Assembly: GCF_006345805.1 (NCBI RefSeq)
Contig: NC_043018.1
Location: 20,832,001 to 20,896,000, forward strand
Direction: 5' to 3'
DNA: 64,000 nt
Source: Octopus sinensis
Lineage: Eukaryota
Under the pieces are notes generated by a model, which did no database searches, was not told where the DNA came from, and saw only the letters and a program-made list of their open reading frames with translations. Within the stretch, counting starts at the first letter, position 1. Each line of letters starts with the position of its first letter. Of the stretch, positions 61,770 through 64,000 are shown piece by piece. Both the position numbers and the translations under genes were made by a program.

Positions 61770-62925
61770 TATTTCTTTATTACCCATCAGGGGCTAAACA
61801 CAGAGAGGACAAACAAGGACAGACAAACAGATTAAGTTGATTATATTGACCCCAGTGCATAACTGGTCCTTAATTTATCGACCCCAAAAGGATGAAAGGC
61901 AAAGTCGACCTCGGCGGAATTCGAACTCAGAACATAACGGCAGACGAAATACCTATTTCTTTATTACCCACAAGGGGCTAAACACAGAGAGGACAAACAA
62001 GGACAGACAAACAGATTAAGTTGATTATATTGACCCCAGTGCATAACTGGTCCTTAATTTATCGACCCCAAAAGGATGAAAGGCAAAGTCGACCTCAGCG
62101 GAATTTGAACTCAGAACGTAACGGCAGACGAAATACCTATTTCTTTACTACCCACAAGGGGCTAAACACAGGGGGGACAAACAAGGACAGACAAACGGAT
62201 TAAGTCAATTATATCGACCCCAGTGCGTAACTGGTCCTTAATTTATCGACCCCGAAAGGATGAAAGGCAAAGTGGACCTCGGCGGAATTTGAACTCAGAA
62301 CGCAGTGGCAGACGAAATACCGCTACGCATTTCGCCCGGCGTGCTAACGAGTCTGCCAGCTCGCCGCCTTGACACACACACATATATTATCATCATCACC
62401 ATTGTTTTAACATCCACTTTTCCATATTCACAGAACCCTAAATCACAAGGTTCCGAAACAAACTTCTTCACCACACATCCATGCCTGGGCCTATATATTA
62501 CCCTGTTTATAGGTGGCAAACTGGCAGAAACGTTAGCACGCCGGGCGAAATGCTTAGCAGTATTTCGTCTGTCGTTACGTTCTGAGTTCAAATTCCACCG
62601 AGGTCGACTTTGCCTTTCATCCTTTCGGGGTCGATAAATAAAGTACCAGTTTCGCACTGGGGTCAATGTAATCAACTTAGTCATTTTGTCTGTCCTTGTT
62701 TGTCCCCTCTGTGTTTAGCCCATTGTGGGTAGTAAAGAAATAGGTATTTCGTCTACGGCTACGTTCTGAGTTTAAATTCCGGCGAGCTAGACTTTGCCTT
62801 TCATCCTTTCGGGGTCGATAAATAAAGTACCAATTTCGCACTGGGGTCAATGTAATCGACTTAATCCTTTTGTCTGTCCTTGTTTGTCCCCTCTGTGTTT
62901 AGCCCCTTGTGGGCAGTAAAGAAAT
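61770..62925. mobile_element. Family B tandem arrays in opposite orientations (3 x 184 bp minus; about 2 units plus)
   Basis: 184-bp period seen directly (61837, 62021, 62205); inverted copies from about 62510. Confidence 0.85.
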
Positions 62926-63252
62926 ATATATATATATTACCCTGTGTGAAAAGGGTTTTCAGGACTGTATCATGTCCCAGTGTCTGCTTTGGCATGGTTT
63001 CTACAGCTGGATGCTCTTCTTGATGCCAACCACTTCACAGAGTGTACCGGGTGATTTTTTTTTGTGTTACCAACACGCGCATTCACACACACACACACAC
63101 ATACATGCACAAATGGGTTAGATAGGTGCTAGAGAAGGAGCAAAAAAAGCTCATGAAATATGGCATATACACTCATTACCTACAACAATGGTGTTTTTCA
63201 GTATGACCACAGCTTTAAAGCTGGAACAAGTTAAAGATTTTTAAATAAAAGT

Positions 63253-63660
63253 GCAGGTGTAGCTGTGTGGTAAGAAGCTTGCTTCCCAACCACATGGTTC
63301 GGGGTTCAGTCCCACTGCGTGGCACCTTGGGCAAGTGTCTTCTACTATAGCCTCGGGCCAACCAAAACTTTGTGAATGTATTTGGTAGACAGAAACTGAA
63401 AGAAGCCCGTCGTATATATGTGTATATATATATACATGTATGTTTGTGTATATGTTTGTGTGTCAATGTTTGTCCCCCCAACATCGCTTGACAATCGATG
63501 GTGGTGTGTTTGCATCCCCATAACTTAGCGGTTCGGCAAAAGAGACCGATAGAATAAGTACTAGGCTTACAAAGAATAAGTCCTAGGGTCGATTTCCTCG
63601 ACTAAAAAAGGTGGTGCTCCAGCATGGTCGCAGTCAAATGACTGAAACGAGTAAAAGAGT
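63253..63660 (+). mobile_element. Family A SINE
   Basis: Match to other copies. Confidence 0.85.
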
Positions 63661-63752
63661 ATAACAACCATGCTGGTTCCTTTTACATTACATAGAATAT
63701 ATTTTATACTTTCACAAATAATTATTCTGTAATGAAACTCAAAAGCATTTAC

Positions 63753-63892
63753 CTTGCTGCTGTTTTGTTTAGCGCTAATGCCACAGCCCACAATGCATCA
63801 TATGCAAGAGGAGATTCTGGGTATCCGGTGACTTGGCTTGTGTCAGAGACATTTAGCTTGGAGTCAAGACGTTCTTTATATCTTTGCGATGT
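63753..63892 (-). CDS. GABBR1: GABA-B receptor 1 exon (TSQRYKERLDSKLNVSDTSQVTGYPESPLAYDALWAVALALNKTAA)
   Basis: ttcag acceptor and AG|gtaaat donor; PLAYDA.WA.ALALNKT is the GABA-B Venus-flytrap motif. Confidence 0.95.
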
Positions 63893-64000
63893 CTGAAATG
63901 TAAAATGAGAAAGATAAAGAAATTTAAAATAATACAGTTATTCTGAAAGATTCGTTATTTTATAAGGATCAAAACGACCTTTCATAAAGGTTGTCTTGTA

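Overview
AT-rich, microsatellite- and SINE-dense animal genomic DNA. The repeat families look like those of an octopus (coleoid cephalopod); this is an inference. Almost all of the supplied long ORFs are (TA)n/(CA)n or repeat artefacts. Two real spliced genes converge tail to tail. (1) A 4-exon protein phosphatase 1 inhibitor-3 gene, PPP1R11, lies on + (21699-35851, about 136 aa, with a KKVKW RVxW motif and [10 protein letters not shown]; its last exon is less certain). (2) The 3' 12 coding exons of a GABA-B receptor subunit 1 gene, GABBR1, lie on - (63892 down to 40442), covering the end of the Venus-flytrap domain, all 7 TM helices and the coiled-coil tail. All its GT-AG junctions are phase-consistent and its 5' part lies beyond the window. 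No gene could be supported in the first 21 kb. Most notable observations: (a) fold-back elements carrying minimal type I hammerhead ribozymes of the Penelope-like kind, including an intact head-to-head pair at about 2.8 kb and a GABBR1-intronic copy whose sense-strand version lacks exactly the scissile nucleotide; (b) PPP1R11-GABBR1 adjacency, both genes being linked in the human MHC class I/extended class I region; (c) a duplicated splice acceptor that could yield a truncated GABA-B1 isoform; (d) no RSRR ER-retention motif in the GABA-B1 tail; (e) many inverted repeats bracketing exons (candidate ADAR/circRNA substrates). Coordinates were counted by hand; repeat boundaries are approximate.
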